NCBI GenBank assembly: GCA_964537445.1
Contig: CAZIBZ010000158.1
Span: forward strand, 1-27,646
Direction: 5' to 3'
Length of the DNA stretch: 27,646 nt
Source of the DNA: an uncultured Dehalococcoidia bacterium
GTDB lineage: Bacteria > Chloroflexota > Dehalococcoidia > UBA6926
Below the pieces are notes generated by a model. The model was not told the origin of the DNA. It saw only the letters and a program-made list of their open reading frames with translations, and made no database searches. Position 1 is the first letter of the stretch, and each line of letters opens with the position of its first letter. Positions 8,957-18,132 of this stretch are shown here, piece after piece. The position numbers were made by a program, and so were the translations under genes.

Positions 8957-9748
8957 TCATGCATCGGCGTTGCGTGAGATCACGGTCCCCGCTCCGCTCT
9001 CTAGCGCCTCCATCAGTGCCCCGGACTGTCGTCCGTCGACGATCTGCGCCGTCGCCGCATGTCGCAGCGCCGTCAGGCACGCTTCGACCTTGGGAATCAT
9101 ACCGCCGCTCACCACACCGTCGGCGATCAGTTCCCGCGCCCGCGACTCGTCCAGCGCCGGTATCGGCTCACCCCCCGCGTCGAAAACTCCCGGCACGTCG
9201 GTTAGGAATACCACCCGGTCGGCCCTCACAGCCTCGGCCAGCGCCCCCGCCACGCTGTCCGCGTTCACGTTCAGCACACGTGCCGAGGGCCCTTCCTCTC
9301 GCGACACCGGAGAAACGACCGGAATCATCCCGGCTCCTGAGATCGCGTCCATGAGTTCCGGTTTGACGGCAGCCACGTCGCCGACCCGGCCCAGTGTCTC
9401 GTCACGAACGCGCGCGATTACGGTCGGCCCGTCCGAACCCGACACGCCGGCGGCGTTGCCTCCCGCTGCCTGGATATCGGCCACGATGCTCTTGTTCACC
9501 AGCCCGCTCAACACGGCCGTGACGACCTCGAGCGTCGATTCGTCGGTGACCCGGCGTCCCTCCACGAACTTCGTCTCCACTCCGGTCCGTTCCAGCCAGT
9601 CCGTCACCGTCGGGCCCCCGCCGTGAACGACGATCACCCGCGTTCCTTCCCGATGAAGACGGACCACGTCCGCGAACGTCGTGTCTTCCGGTCCGAGGGA
9701 GTTCCCACCGATCTTCACGACGACCGTGCGAGATGCGCCGCTGGTCAT
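8957..9748 (-). CDS. argB: Acetylglutamate kinase
   Basis: VVKIGG, VVHGGGP, GRRVTD, NVNAD, LTDVPGV, GGMIPKV. Confidence 0.96.
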   Translation of the reverse strand: MTSGASRTVVVKIGGNSLGPEDTTFADVVRLHREGTRVIVVHGGGPTVTDWLERTGVETKFVEGRRVTDESTLEVVTAVLSGLVNKSIVADIQAAGGNAAGVSGSDGPTVIARVRDETLGRVGDVAAVKPELMDAISGAGMIPVVSPVSREEGPSARVLNVNADSVAGALAEAVRADRVVFLTDVPGVFDAGGEPIPALDESRARELIADGVVSGGMIPKVEACLTALRHAATAQIVDGRQSGALMEALESGAGTVISRNADA

Positions 9749-9788
9749 TGCCGTCGATCTTCCCGGAAGAATGCTGAGGCCGACCGGC

Positions 9789-11000
9789 TCAGGTCGTGTA
9801 GTCGCTGTTCAACCGGACGTATTCCTCCGTCAGGTCGCACGTCCACGCCGTCGCCGTCGCGTCTCCCAGGCCGAGCTTCGTCAAGAATCGCACTTCGGGT
9901 TGGCGCATCGTCGCAACCGCTGCTTCTTTGAAGAACGGGATCGGCTTCCCTTCGTCCAGCACGCATATCTCGTTCACCCACAGCGCCAGCTTGGTCGGGT
10001 CGATGTCGACTCCGCTGCGCCCCAGCGCCGCGATCGCGCGACCCCAGTTCGGGTCCCGCCCGTAGACAGCCGCCTTCAGCAGCGTCGATCCTGCGACGGT
10101 CCGAGCCGCCGTGCGCGCGTCCTCATACGTCCGCGCACCCTCGATTACCACCTCGACCAGCGTCGTCGAACCCTCGCCGTCCGCCGCGATCGCCTTCGCC
10201 AGCGTCGTGCAGACAAACGTGACGGCCTCCTGGAGAGCCGACTCGGGTGCTCCGCCCGAAATCTCGGGGCCACCCGCATCACCGTTCGCAAGGAAAAGGA
10301 CGGAGTCGTTGGTCGACGTATCGCCGTCGATCGTGATCATGTTGAAGCTCACGTCCGCCGCCGTCTTCAACATGCGGGACATGCATTCCGGTTCGACCGA
10401 CGCATCCGTGGTAACGAACGCCAGCATCGTTGCCATGTCCGGATGGATCATCGCGGCGCCCTTGCACACGCCACCCACCGTGACCTCGCGACCGTCCACG
10501 TCCACCGTCACCGCGACTTCTTTGGGTTTCGTGTCCGTAGTCATCATCGCCCGCGCCAGTTCGTGACCGCCGTCGGTGCTCGGAAGCGCGATGTTCTCGA
10601 TCCCTTTCTGGACCACGCCCATCGGCAGTTCGACTCCGATCACCCCTGTGCTGCATACGAGCACGTCCTCGGTCTCGGCGCCGATCTTTTCCGCCGTCAG
10701 GCGGGCCATCTCCCGGGCGTCGATCATTCCCTGTTCCCCGACGGCAGCGTTCGCGATCCCGCTGTTGACGACGATCGCCCTCGCCTTCCCCGAGGCCAGG
10801 TGATCACGCGAAAGCACCACCGGCGAAGCGACCACAAGGTTCTTCGTGAACACGCCGACCGCCGTGCATGGCCCGGACGCCACCAGGATTCCCAGGTCCA
10901 GCACGGCGTCGCCTGGCGTCTTCAACCCGGAATACGTCGTCCCCGCCCGGAAGCCTCTGGGAGACGTGACCGTTCCGTTGGTAATCGGTCGAAAACTCAT
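9789..11000 (-). CDS. argJ: Bifunctional ornithine acetyltransferase / N-acetylglutamate synthase
   Basis: VFTKN, NSGIANA, STGVIG, MTTDT, KGAAMIHPDM/ATML autocleavage site, DGDTSTND, DGEG, GRDPNWGR, C-terminal DYTT. Confidence 0.97.
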   Translation of the reverse strand: MSFRPITNGTVTSPRGFRAGTTYSGLKTPGDAVLDLGILVASGPCTAVGVFTKNLVVASPVVLSRDHLASGKARAIVVNSGIANAAVGEQGMIDAREMARLTAEKIGAETEDVLVCSTGVIGVELPMGVVQKGIENIALPSTDGGHELARAMMTTDTKPKEVAVTVDVDGREVTVGGVCKGAAMIHPDMATMLAFVTTDASVEPECMSRMLKTAADVSFNMITIDGDTSTNDSVLFLANGDAGGPEISGGAPESALQEAVTFVCTTLAKAIAADGEGSTTLVEVVIEGARTYEDARTAARTVAGSTLLKAAVYGRDPNWGRAIAALGRSGVDIDPTKLALWVNEICVLDEGKPIPFFKEAAVATMRQPEVRFLTKLGLGDATATAWTCDLTEEYVRLNSDYTT

Positions 11001-11103
11001 CTCCTCGAAGCCCTTTCCATCCGTCCGATACCCTATCTGCGTCGAATAGGCGGGTAGTATACGGCTTCTATCCGCGGCTCAGGCTCGACTTCAGGAGACC
11101 AAA

Positions 11104-13398
11104 ATGACCGAAACCGCCGCTCCCACGACGAGGGTCGTCGGACAGGGCGTCAAACGAGTTGACAGCCCGGAGCGGGTGACCGGAGAGGCCGTCTACGGCG
11201 CCGACCACGTCACGCCGGGGACCCTGTTCGCGAAGGTTGTCCGGAGTCCCCACGCGAACGCCCGTATCGTCAGCATCGACATCGGTGATGCACTCCGCCA
11301 CCCCGGTGTGAAGACCGTCGTCACGTCCCACGACTTCCCCCGGATCGAGCTGTCCATGCAGGCTGTCGGGGGTGAAATCACCATGACCCCCCGTGACCAG
11401 CGCCGCATGCAGATGGCGGAGGACCGCGTCTTCTACCACGGTCAGGCCGTCGCCGCTGTCGCCGCGACCGATCTCAGCGCCGCAGAAGCCGCTTCGGAAC
11501 TCGTGAAGGTCGTTTACGAACCCGTCGAACCGGTCGTCGACGTCGAAAAGGCCGTGCAGCCGGAATCCTCTCTCGTTCATCACGATCTCTACACGTGGGA
11601 GTTCGCAGGCGGGCTCTCCGACAGGCCCAGCAACATCGCCCGCCGGATCGAACTCGACCGCGGGGACATCGATCGAGGCTTCGAGGAGGCCGACGTCATC
11701 CTCGAGCGCAGGTTTCGGGGTGGAACCGTCCATCAGGGCTACCTCGAACCCCAGGCCTCCACCGTCGACATCGACGACGAGGGTCACCTCACCTGCTACA
11801 CCTCCAGCCAGATCAACTTCAACCTCCGCGACACCCTCGCCACCATCCTCGACCTATCCAAGGACCAGGTCACCGTCGTCCCGCTGGAGATCGGCGGCGG
11901 GTTCGGCGGCAAGGCCGGGCTCGGCATCGAGTTCGTCACCGCCCTGCTCGCGATGAAGGCCGGACGCGCGGTCAAGCTCGTCTTGACCCGCGAAGAAGTC
12001 TTCCGCGCGACCGGCCCCACGTGCGCACACGTGATCGACATCAAGATCGGCGCAATGTCGGACGGCACGCTCACCGCCTTCAAGGGGACCTATCTGCTCG
12101 ATACGGGCGCCATGACCGGGTTCACGCACTCCGCCACGGCGGCCATGACCGGCGCCTCCCACTACCGGTTCCCCCATCTCCACATCGACGCCTACGACGT
12201 CGTCACGAACAAGCCCGTTGCCATGGCGTACCGCGCCCCGAGTGGGCCGATCGGAAACTTCCCGACCGAGGTCCTCATGGACGAACTCGCGGCGATCGTC
12301 GGGTTGGATCCCATCGACCTCCGCCTCAAGAACGTCACGGAAGACGGCGAGCCTCTTCCAAACGGGCTCGCCATGCCCGTCTGGGGTTTGAAGAAGATCC
12401 TCACTGAGGCCCGGCAACACCCCGCGTGGACCGAACACGTCCCGGAAGGCCGAGGCCGAGGCTTCGCCGCCGCGTACTGGGGTGGAGCCACGCTCACGTC
12501 CAACGCGGAGATCGTCGCCAATTCGGACGCCACCTTTTCCGTCATCACGGGCTCGGTCGATCTAACCGGAACACGCACGACCATGGCCCAGATCGCCGCG
12601 GAGGAACTCGGTGTCGAGATGGAGCAGATCATCATCGGCATCGGTGACACCGATTCCGTCGGGCACACGGACGGGTCGTTCGGTAGCCGCACCACGCTCA
12701 CCACAGGAACGGCGGTCATGAACGCCGCCCGCGATGTGATCGGCAAGCTCAGGGAAAAGGCGGGTGACCTCTTGAGGGTCGAACCTCAGTATCTCGACTA
12801 TGCCGACCAGACCTTCGAGATGCGCGACAACCCGGACAAACGTATCACGCTGGTCGAGGTCTGTGAGAGGTCGATCGGCAACGAGTTTGGATCGATCAAG
12901 GGTGCCGGGAACAGCACCGGCCTCCCGGGAGCCCCGACCGCCGCTGCTTCCATTGCCGAGGTCGAGGTCGACCACGACACCGGCCGCCCTGAGGTCAAGC
13001 GGTTCACGATGTTCCAGGATCCCGGCAACGCGATCAACCCTATGGCCGTCGAAGGCCAGATGCAGGGCGGCGCGGGCCAGGGTATTGGTTGGGCACTCTG
13101 GGAGGTCTACGACATCGATCAGGCCACCGGCATCGTTCGGAATGCCAACTTCCTCGACTACCGGGTCCCGACCACGCTGGACATCCCCATGATCGGTGCT
13201 GAGATCGTCTCCACCCCGAACCCGAACGGCCCGTACGGAGCCCGTGGAGTCGGCGAGATACCGCTCGTCACCCCGGTCGCCGCCATAGCCAACGCCATCC
13301 ACGACGCCACCGGGGTCCGCATCTACGAGACCCCGCTCAACCCCGAACGAGTCTTCTGGGCGCTCCGGGAGGATTCGGCCGGCGGCGAAGGCAACTAG
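11104..13398 (+). CDS. Xanthine dehydrogenase family molybdopterin-binding (large) subunit
   Basis: VTGEAVY, VRSPHANARI, YLEP, IGGGFGGK, AYRAPS, GSFGSRT, VEGQMQGG, DYRVPT, GARGVGE with the catalytic Glu; AGGAG SD. Confidence 0.93.
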   Translation: MTETAAPTTRVVGQGVKRVDSPERVTGEAVYGADHVTPGTLFAKVVRSPHANARIVSIDIGDALRHPGVKTVVTSHDFPRIELSMQAVGGEITMTPRDQRRMQMAEDRVFYHGQAVAAVAATDLSAAEAASELVKVVYEPVEPVVDVEKAVQPESSLVHHDLYTWEFAGGLSDRPSNIARRIELDRGDIDRGFEEADVILERRFRGGTVHQGYLEPQASTVDIDDEGHLTCYTSSQINFNLRDTLATILDLSKDQVTVVPLEIGGGFGGKAGLGIEFVTALLAMKAGRAVKLVLTREEVFRATGPTCAHVIDIKIGAMSDGTLTAFKGTYLLDTGAMTGFTHSATAAMTGASHYRFPHLHIDAYDVVTNKPVAMAYRAPSGPIGNFPTEVLMDELAAIVGLDPIDLRLKNVTEDGEPLPNGLAMPVWGLKKILTEARQHPAWTEHVPEGRGRGFAAAYWGGATLTSNAEIVANSDATFSVITGSVDLTGTRTTMAQIAAEELGVEMEQIIIGIGDTDSVGHTDGSFGSRTTLTTGTAVMNAARDVIGKLREKAGDLLRVEPQYLDYADQTFEMRDNPDKRITLVEVCERSIGNEFGSIKGAGNSTGLPGAPTAAASIAEVEVDHDTGRPEVKRFTMFQDPGNAINPMAVEGQMQGGAGQGIGWALWEVYDIDQATGIVRNANFLDYRVPTTLDIPMIGAEIVSTPNPNGPYGARGVGEIPLVTPVAAIANAIHDATGVRIYETPLNPERVFWALREDSAGGEGN

Positions 13399-13414
13399 CG
13401 GTCTCCGGCTCCGT

Positions 13415-14446
13415 TTACCGCCCCAGCAACCCCGACAGCCCGCCGGTCGGCAGCCCCGGGAACTCCACTTCGCAATCGCCGAAGATCCCGAGCATGTCCA
13501 GCCCGATATCACCATCCGCGATCCGCTCCAGCACTCCTGCGTCCTGAAGACACGCGATCTGCTCCTCCGTCAGGTCCATCCCCTCGGGCAGATCCAGATC
13601 GGTCAGATCTAGGCCGCTCACATCGGGGATCTCGAAGGTCGGGATCGGAAGCGCGCCGCTCAGACCTCCGAGGTCGAACCCACACTCCGAGATCACGCTG
13701 AAAAGCTCCAACGGAGGCGCATCGCTGTCAAACAATCCCGACAGTCCTTCGTCCCCGATCGATTCGTACATGCACTCCATCTGCGTGATCGTCGGAGCGA
13801 ACCCTCCCGCTTGCTCCGCAAAGTCCGCATCGAGGACTGCCCGCTCATCGCCGTTCATGCAGAAGAACGCCGGGAGGATGACTCCCATCGTGTCTTCCGC
13901 GGCATCGAACGCCGCCGACATCGGATCATCGCTGCTCAATTCGTCGAAGTTCTCGATGAAGTCCGAGGGGGTCGCGGCCGAGAATTGGGTCTCCATGCAG
14001 TCCAACGTCTCGACGGTGAACGACTCCAGCGAAGTTTCGTTGATCAAAGCCCCGGTGAGCAGGCGACCGAACGTGATACCGCTGATGCACCCAAGGAGTT
14101 CTTCACCCTCCTCGTCGGACACTTCGAGGTCTCCAGCGACGATCTCATCGAAGCGCACCTGCCCGACTGCCTCCACGAGGCAGTTCCGCTCGAAAGCCGG
14201 GATCGACGCGAAGAACGCGAGCGGGTCCTCCTCCAGATCAGCCGTGATTGGCTCGAACGTACGCGCGACGGTAGCGGCCGTGGGGACCACGGTCGGCGGG
14301 ACCGAAGTCGCGGTCGCCTCATCGTCTCCGCCCCCACACGCGGCGAGGATCACGGTCAGCGCCACCAACGCAACGCCGAACGTTTGCCAGCCTCGCCGCT
14401 TCGCCCAGGCCCGTTTCACCACGTCGGATCCCATCGTCTCGCCCAT
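13415..14446 (-). CDS. Hypothetical acidic lipoprotein with four Cys-pair helical modules
   Basis: Basic N-terminus, hydrophobic stretch, lipobox LAA/C, PT/A-rich linker, then 8 Cys in repeated context; GGGAG SD. Start could be 14446 or 14434. Confidence 0.75.
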   Translation of the reverse strand: MGETMGSDVVKRAWAKRRGWQTFGVALVALTVILAACGGGDDEATATSVPPTVVPTAATVARTFEPITADLEEDPLAFFASIPAFERNCLVEAVGQVRFDEIVAGDLEVSDEEGEELLGCISGITFGRLLTGALINETSLESFTVETLDCMETQFSAATPSDFIENFDELSSDDPMSAAFDAAEDTMGVILPAFFCMNGDERAVLDADFAEQAGGFAPTITQMECMYESIGDEGLSGLFDSDAPPLELFSVISECGFDLGGLSGALPIPTFEIPDVSGLDLTDLDLPEGMDLTEEQIACLQDAGVLERIADGDIGLDMLGIFGDCEVEFPGLPTGGLSGLLGR

Positions 14447-14622
14447 CGTTTCGATCTCCCGGTTCTCTACAAATGACTATTAGCTCAAATCATTATCGTT
14501 TCTGCGCCAATGGTTGGACAAAGGCGGGGCGATCCGATCTTCCCTGGAGACCCTTCGCCATATCTCAGAACCCCGCTAAGCTGTCCCGCGTTGTCACCTG
14601 GTCTTCACCTTTTACTTGATCC

Positions 14623-15354
14623 TTGCCTTCTAACTTCGACCTCCACGTCCATACGAACCGCGGCAGTCCGGATTCCGCCCTCGACCCCCTCGATCTGGTC
14701 AACGAGGCCCGGCGCATCGGGCTCGACGGCGTCGTCATCACCGAGCACAACGGCTGGCCGGTGCACGACTTCGATGAGTTCGTCCGTGGCATCGACCACG
14801 ACGGCCTCGTCCTGATCAGAGCCGTCGAGGTTTACACTCCGCTCGGCCATATCCTGGCCTTCGGCTACCAGGGCCCCTCATCCCCGCTTCACGGAGGCAT
14901 CGAGGCTGTCGAGCGACTGCACGCCGAGGTCGAGGCCGTCGGAGGCGTCATGGTTATCGCCCATCCCTTCCGTTTCCTCTTTAACCCGGCCGGGCTTTTC
15001 ACGCAGAACAAACTTTTCGAGGACCCTCGATCGGTTCCCGATACGCCCGAACAGGCCGCCGAGCACCCGGTATTCCGCCTCGTCCACGAGGTCGAGGTCG
15101 TCAACGGTGGGGGGACGCCGCGGGAAACGCAATTCGCGCACGACGTCGTGAACGTACTGGGACGCCACGGCACCGGCGGCAGTGACGCTCATTCCGCGGC
15201 CGGACTCGGCAAGGGGTCCACGTCATTCGTAGGAGACATACGCCACGAGCGCGATCTCATCGACGCGATTCGATCGGATGACTTCCACGCCGTCCAAGAC
15301 TTCCACGTCGGCCGACCCACACGGTACGCAAAAGAACCGCCCGCCCCCTCCTGA
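14623..15354 (+). CDS. PHP-domain metal-dependent phosphoesterase/hydrolase
   Basis: DLHVHT, ITEH, GHIL, IAHPFR, EVVNG, GSDAH metal-binding motifs. TTG start is uncertain. Confidence 0.88.
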   Translation: MPSNFDLHVHTNRGSPDSALDPLDLVNEARRIGLDGVVITEHNGWPVHDFDEFVRGIDHDGLVLIRAVEVYTPLGHILAFGYQGPSSPLHGGIEAVERLHAEVEAVGGVMVIAHPFRFLFNPAGLFTQNKLFEDPRSVPDTPEQAAEHPVFRLVHEVEVVNGGGTPRETQFAHDVVNVLGRHGTGGSDAHSAAGLGKGSTSFVGDIRHERDLIDAIRSDDFHAVQDFHVGRPTRYAKEPPAPS

Positions 15355-15387
15355 TGGGAGGACGAGCGGCCCTATTTGGTTCCGGTT

Positions 15388-16545
15388 CTAGACGGCTGCT
15401 GGGAGCGGCTGGTCCAGCTCCATCAGGTCGGCCATGCGCTCACGGTGGTGCGTAACGTCGCCAAGGTAGTTCTGGAGCGACCGTGCCTTCTGTGTGAAGT
15501 ACGGCAGTCCGTACCCCATGTCGACCCCAAGGCCTGCATGGACGTGATGGGCCCCTTCCGCAGCACGCGGGTAACCTTCGCTCGCGATCGCGTTCGCCAT
15601 CGCGATCGATTGCGCCGCATCCGCCTGTCCTTCGTCGACTTTCCATAGCGCCTCGAACGTCGACCAGCGGACCGCCTCTTCGATGTTCGCCATCTCAACG
15701 AGGTAAGCCTGAACGTGTTGGAGTGTCCCGATCGCCACACCGAACGCGATCCGCGTCTGGCTGCGCTCGATGCTCATGGCGAACACACGACGGCAACCGC
15801 CCAGGATGTAGGCCGACAGAGCGATCGATCCAGCGTCCAGGGCTTTCTCGACGGCCGGCCATGCTCCGCCCGCCGGGCCCAGGAGCGCCGATTCCGGAAC
15901 GCGCACGTTCTGGAACGTGATCTCGTTCATCTTGTCGCCCAGCCAACCGCTGAGAGTCCGAACGGTCAGGCCTGGCGTTTCGCGGTCGACGACCAACGCC
16001 GTCAGTCCGGCTCCCCGGTCTCCTGGAGCACTCCGACCGACGACCAGCAGCTGATCGGCGATGTGTGCATCCGGAACGAATATTTTCGTCCCGTTCAGCA
16101 CGTAATCGCCACCCTGCTGCTCGACTGACAGCCTTATCTTGTCCGGCCCCCAGCCGTAGTCGGATTCCGTGAGTGCAAAAGCTAGGATTCGCTCCCCGCC
16201 CGCGATCCCCGGCAGCAGAGAGTTCTTCTGCTCTTCGCTCCCGCCTTCCAGGATCGCCGTCGCGCTGAGGACGGATGATGACAGCATGGGCCCCGGGCAC
16301 AGCCCGGCTCCCAACTCCTCCATCAGCACTCCGAGCGTCGTGAAATCGGATTCCAGACCCCCGTAACGCTCGGGAATCACCATGCCCGCCCAACCCAGGC
16401 TGCTCATTTGCTGCCAGAGATCAGGCGCGAATCCGGTCGGCGAGTCGAAAAGTTCCTTGACCCGCTCCTGCGGTAGTTCCCGCGTCACGAAGTCATGCGC
16501 GGTCTGTTTCACCAGGTTCTGCTCGGTCGTTAGTGACAGGTCCAT
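15388..16545 (-). CDS. Acyl-CoA dehydrogenase family, probable non-catalytic 'beta' subunit (FadE27/28-like)
   Basis: FALTES, LNGTKIFVPDA, RIAFGVAIGTLQHVQ; no Glu at the alpha-subunit catalytic position (ALDAG) and no C-terminal GGT-E motif. Confidence 0.88.
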   Translation of the reverse strand: MDLSLTTEQNLVKQTAHDFVTRELPQERVKELFDSPTGFAPDLWQQMSSLGWAGMVIPERYGGLESDFTTLGVLMEELGAGLCPGPMLSSSVLSATAILEGGSEEQKNSLLPGIAGGERILAFALTESDYGWGPDKIRLSVEQQGGDYVLNGTKIFVPDAHIADQLLVVGRSAPGDRGAGLTALVVDRETPGLTVRTLSGWLGDKMNEITFQNVRVPESALLGPAGGAWPAVEKALDAGSIALSAYILGGCRRVFAMSIERSQTRIAFGVAIGTLQHVQAYLVEMANIEEAVRWSTFEALWKVDEGQADAAQSIAMANAIASEGYPRAAEGAHHVHAGLGVDMGYGLPYFTQKARSLQNYLGDVTHHRERMADLMELDQPLPAAV

Positions 16546-16554
16546 CGCCCGCCC

Positions 16555-17820
16555 CTATCGGGAGCCAACCGTCGCCGGAGTCGGCGCGGCGCGCTCGCGC
16601 GTTCGGCTGACACCCATCCGACGGGCCATGATCACCTTTTGGACCTCGACCGTTCCACCCGGGTGTGCCGCCGCCAAGCTTTCGCGTTGATGCAGCTCCA
16701 ACTCTCCATTGAACGCGGCGGACGGGTCCGTGAAGTCCAACATCGTGTGCGGGCCCAAGACGTCGCGGATCAGGTCGGAGATCCTGATCCCGGACGCCTT
16801 GCGCCAGAGTGACTGTTGGGAGCCGTGGAAGGTCATCTCCTGCTTCGTCTCCACCATCCAGTGGTTACGTGTGGCGAAGAGCCGCATGATGTCCTTCTCG
16901 ATGATCGCTTCCGCGACCTTTTGCCGCACGTGCGGGTCCGAGCCCTTGCCGGTCCGGCGGACCCATTCGATCAGTGCGGCGACCGCCTTGTCTTTGGGGG
17001 GCGGCCCGCCACCACCGCCGTGCTCGATCTCGAGCGCGGTCTGCGACACCTGCCACCCCTGCGTCTCACCGCCCAGCATCAGGGTGCCTGGAACGCGGAC
17101 CTCTTCCAGGTACACCTGACGTTTGCCATGTCCGACTAGCAAATCCAACGTCTGGACCGTGATTCCCGGTGTGTCACCGGGAATCAGGAATGCGCCGATG
17201 TTGTGGTGCCGCGGTGCATCGGGGTCGGTCACCGCCAGCGTGAAGAGGTGCGAGGTGGCCAGAACCTCCTCGTCTGGAAGCTTCGTGTCGGGGTTCGCAT
17301 ATCCGGAATCGCCACCAACGAAGACCTTTTCCCCTGAAATCACCCAGTCGTCGCCATCCCGAACGGCGCGTGTCTGCAGGCCCGCCAGATCGGAGCCCGC
17401 GTCCGGCTCGGTGAAGAGTTGCCAAGCCAGCAGTTCGCCGCCCAGGCGGCGCGGGAGCAGGTCGCGTTTCTGTTCGTCCGTCCCCCAGACCACCAACGGC
17501 GGGATATCGAACGGGTTGTCATAGATGAGGCCGCCCCCCATGTCTCCAGAGCCGGTGACCTCGCGCATCTCTTCGGCGATCACGACCGCCAGAGCGCCCG
17601 GAAGGCCTCCGCCGCCGTACTCCTCCGGATACGTGGGATGGAGCCAGCCCTGCGCTCCGAGTTCTTGTCGGAAGGCCTTGAGCCGCCTCCAGGCCTCCGC
17701 ACTCGTGTGCTTGTAGTCCTGCCCGCGTTCTAGGTCCTTCGGCCAGTTCTCTTCCAGCCAGGTGCGGACTTCCTTGCGGAACTCCTGCTGCTCCGGCGTG
17801 TAGTGGTACTCGAAGTCCAT
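16555..17820 (-). CDS. Acyl-CoA dehydrogenase, probable catalytic 'alpha' subunit (FadE26/29-like)
   Basis: FTEPDAGSDLA, GEKVFV, TDPDAPRH, GWQVSQTALEIEH, C-terminal GGTVEVQKVIMARR; GAGGAG SD. Confidence 0.9.
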   Translation of the reverse strand: MDFEYHYTPEQQEFRKEVRTWLEENWPKDLERGQDYKHTSAEAWRRLKAFRQELGAQGWLHPTYPEEYGGGGLPGALAVVIAEEMREVTGSGDMGGGLIYDNPFDIPPLVVWGTDEQKRDLLPRRLGGELLAWQLFTEPDAGSDLAGLQTRAVRDGDDWVISGEKVFVGGDSGYANPDTKLPDEEVLATSHLFTLAVTDPDAPRHHNIGAFLIPGDTPGITVQTLDLLVGHGKRQVYLEEVRVPGTLMLGGETQGWQVSQTALEIEHGGGGGPPPKDKAVAALIEWVRRTGKGSDPHVRQKVAEAIIEKDIMRLFATRNHWMVETKQEMTFHGSQQSLWRKASGIRISDLIRDVLGPHTMLDFTDPSAAFNGELELHQRESLAAAHPGGTVEVQKVIMARRMGVSRTRERAAPTPATVGSR

Positions 17821-17996
17821 ATGCTCGCTCCTCTTTCCCTATCCCGCTCCGGCCGCGCCTCGCGCGGCGCCCGCGTAACGGTAACACGCGCGACTTCTTT
17901 CGTTCCTCCAGCTATCCCTCAATCTGGTACGGAAATCATTCGGTTGGTATTGGAATCCCACCCCTGGTTCGTCTCGCGAACCACCTCCGCCTCCCG

Positions 17997-18025
17997 TTTA
18001 CGCAGCTCCCTCCAAGTGCTATCGT
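17997..18025 (+). promoter_or_regulatory. Putative sigma70-type promoter for the plus-strand acyl-CoA dehydrogenase operon
   Basis: TTTACG (17997-18002), 17 bp spacer, TATCGT (18020-18025) with an extended TG. Confidence 0.55.
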
Positions 18026-18132
18026 ACGCGCGGGTTCGCGTCCGGATGCGGTTGAGAAAGTCGATTCCGACGCGAAGGTTCTGGTTTCGTCAGATGGGGT
18101 CAACGGCTGAAAGCCGTAGGGGGTTCTCGCAG

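Noticed and set aside
9757-9769. TCTTCC-C-GGAAGA palindrome between argJ and argB
   Set aside because: Short, mid-operon, and expected by chance.
11104-13398. Aerobic CO dehydrogenase CoxL call
   Set aside because: The loop is AYRAPS, not AYxCSFR or AYxGAGR, and no coxM/coxS is adjacent.
14380-14446. Tat signal in the lipoprotein (KRRG)
   Set aside because: Does not fit S/T-R-R-x-F-L-K; a Sec lipoprotein signal is sufficient.
17803-18132. 110-aa N-terminal extension of the 17803-19332 ORF
   Set aside because: Spans the divergent promoter region and overlaps the opposite gene; MDFEFS start has an SD and matches the paralogues.
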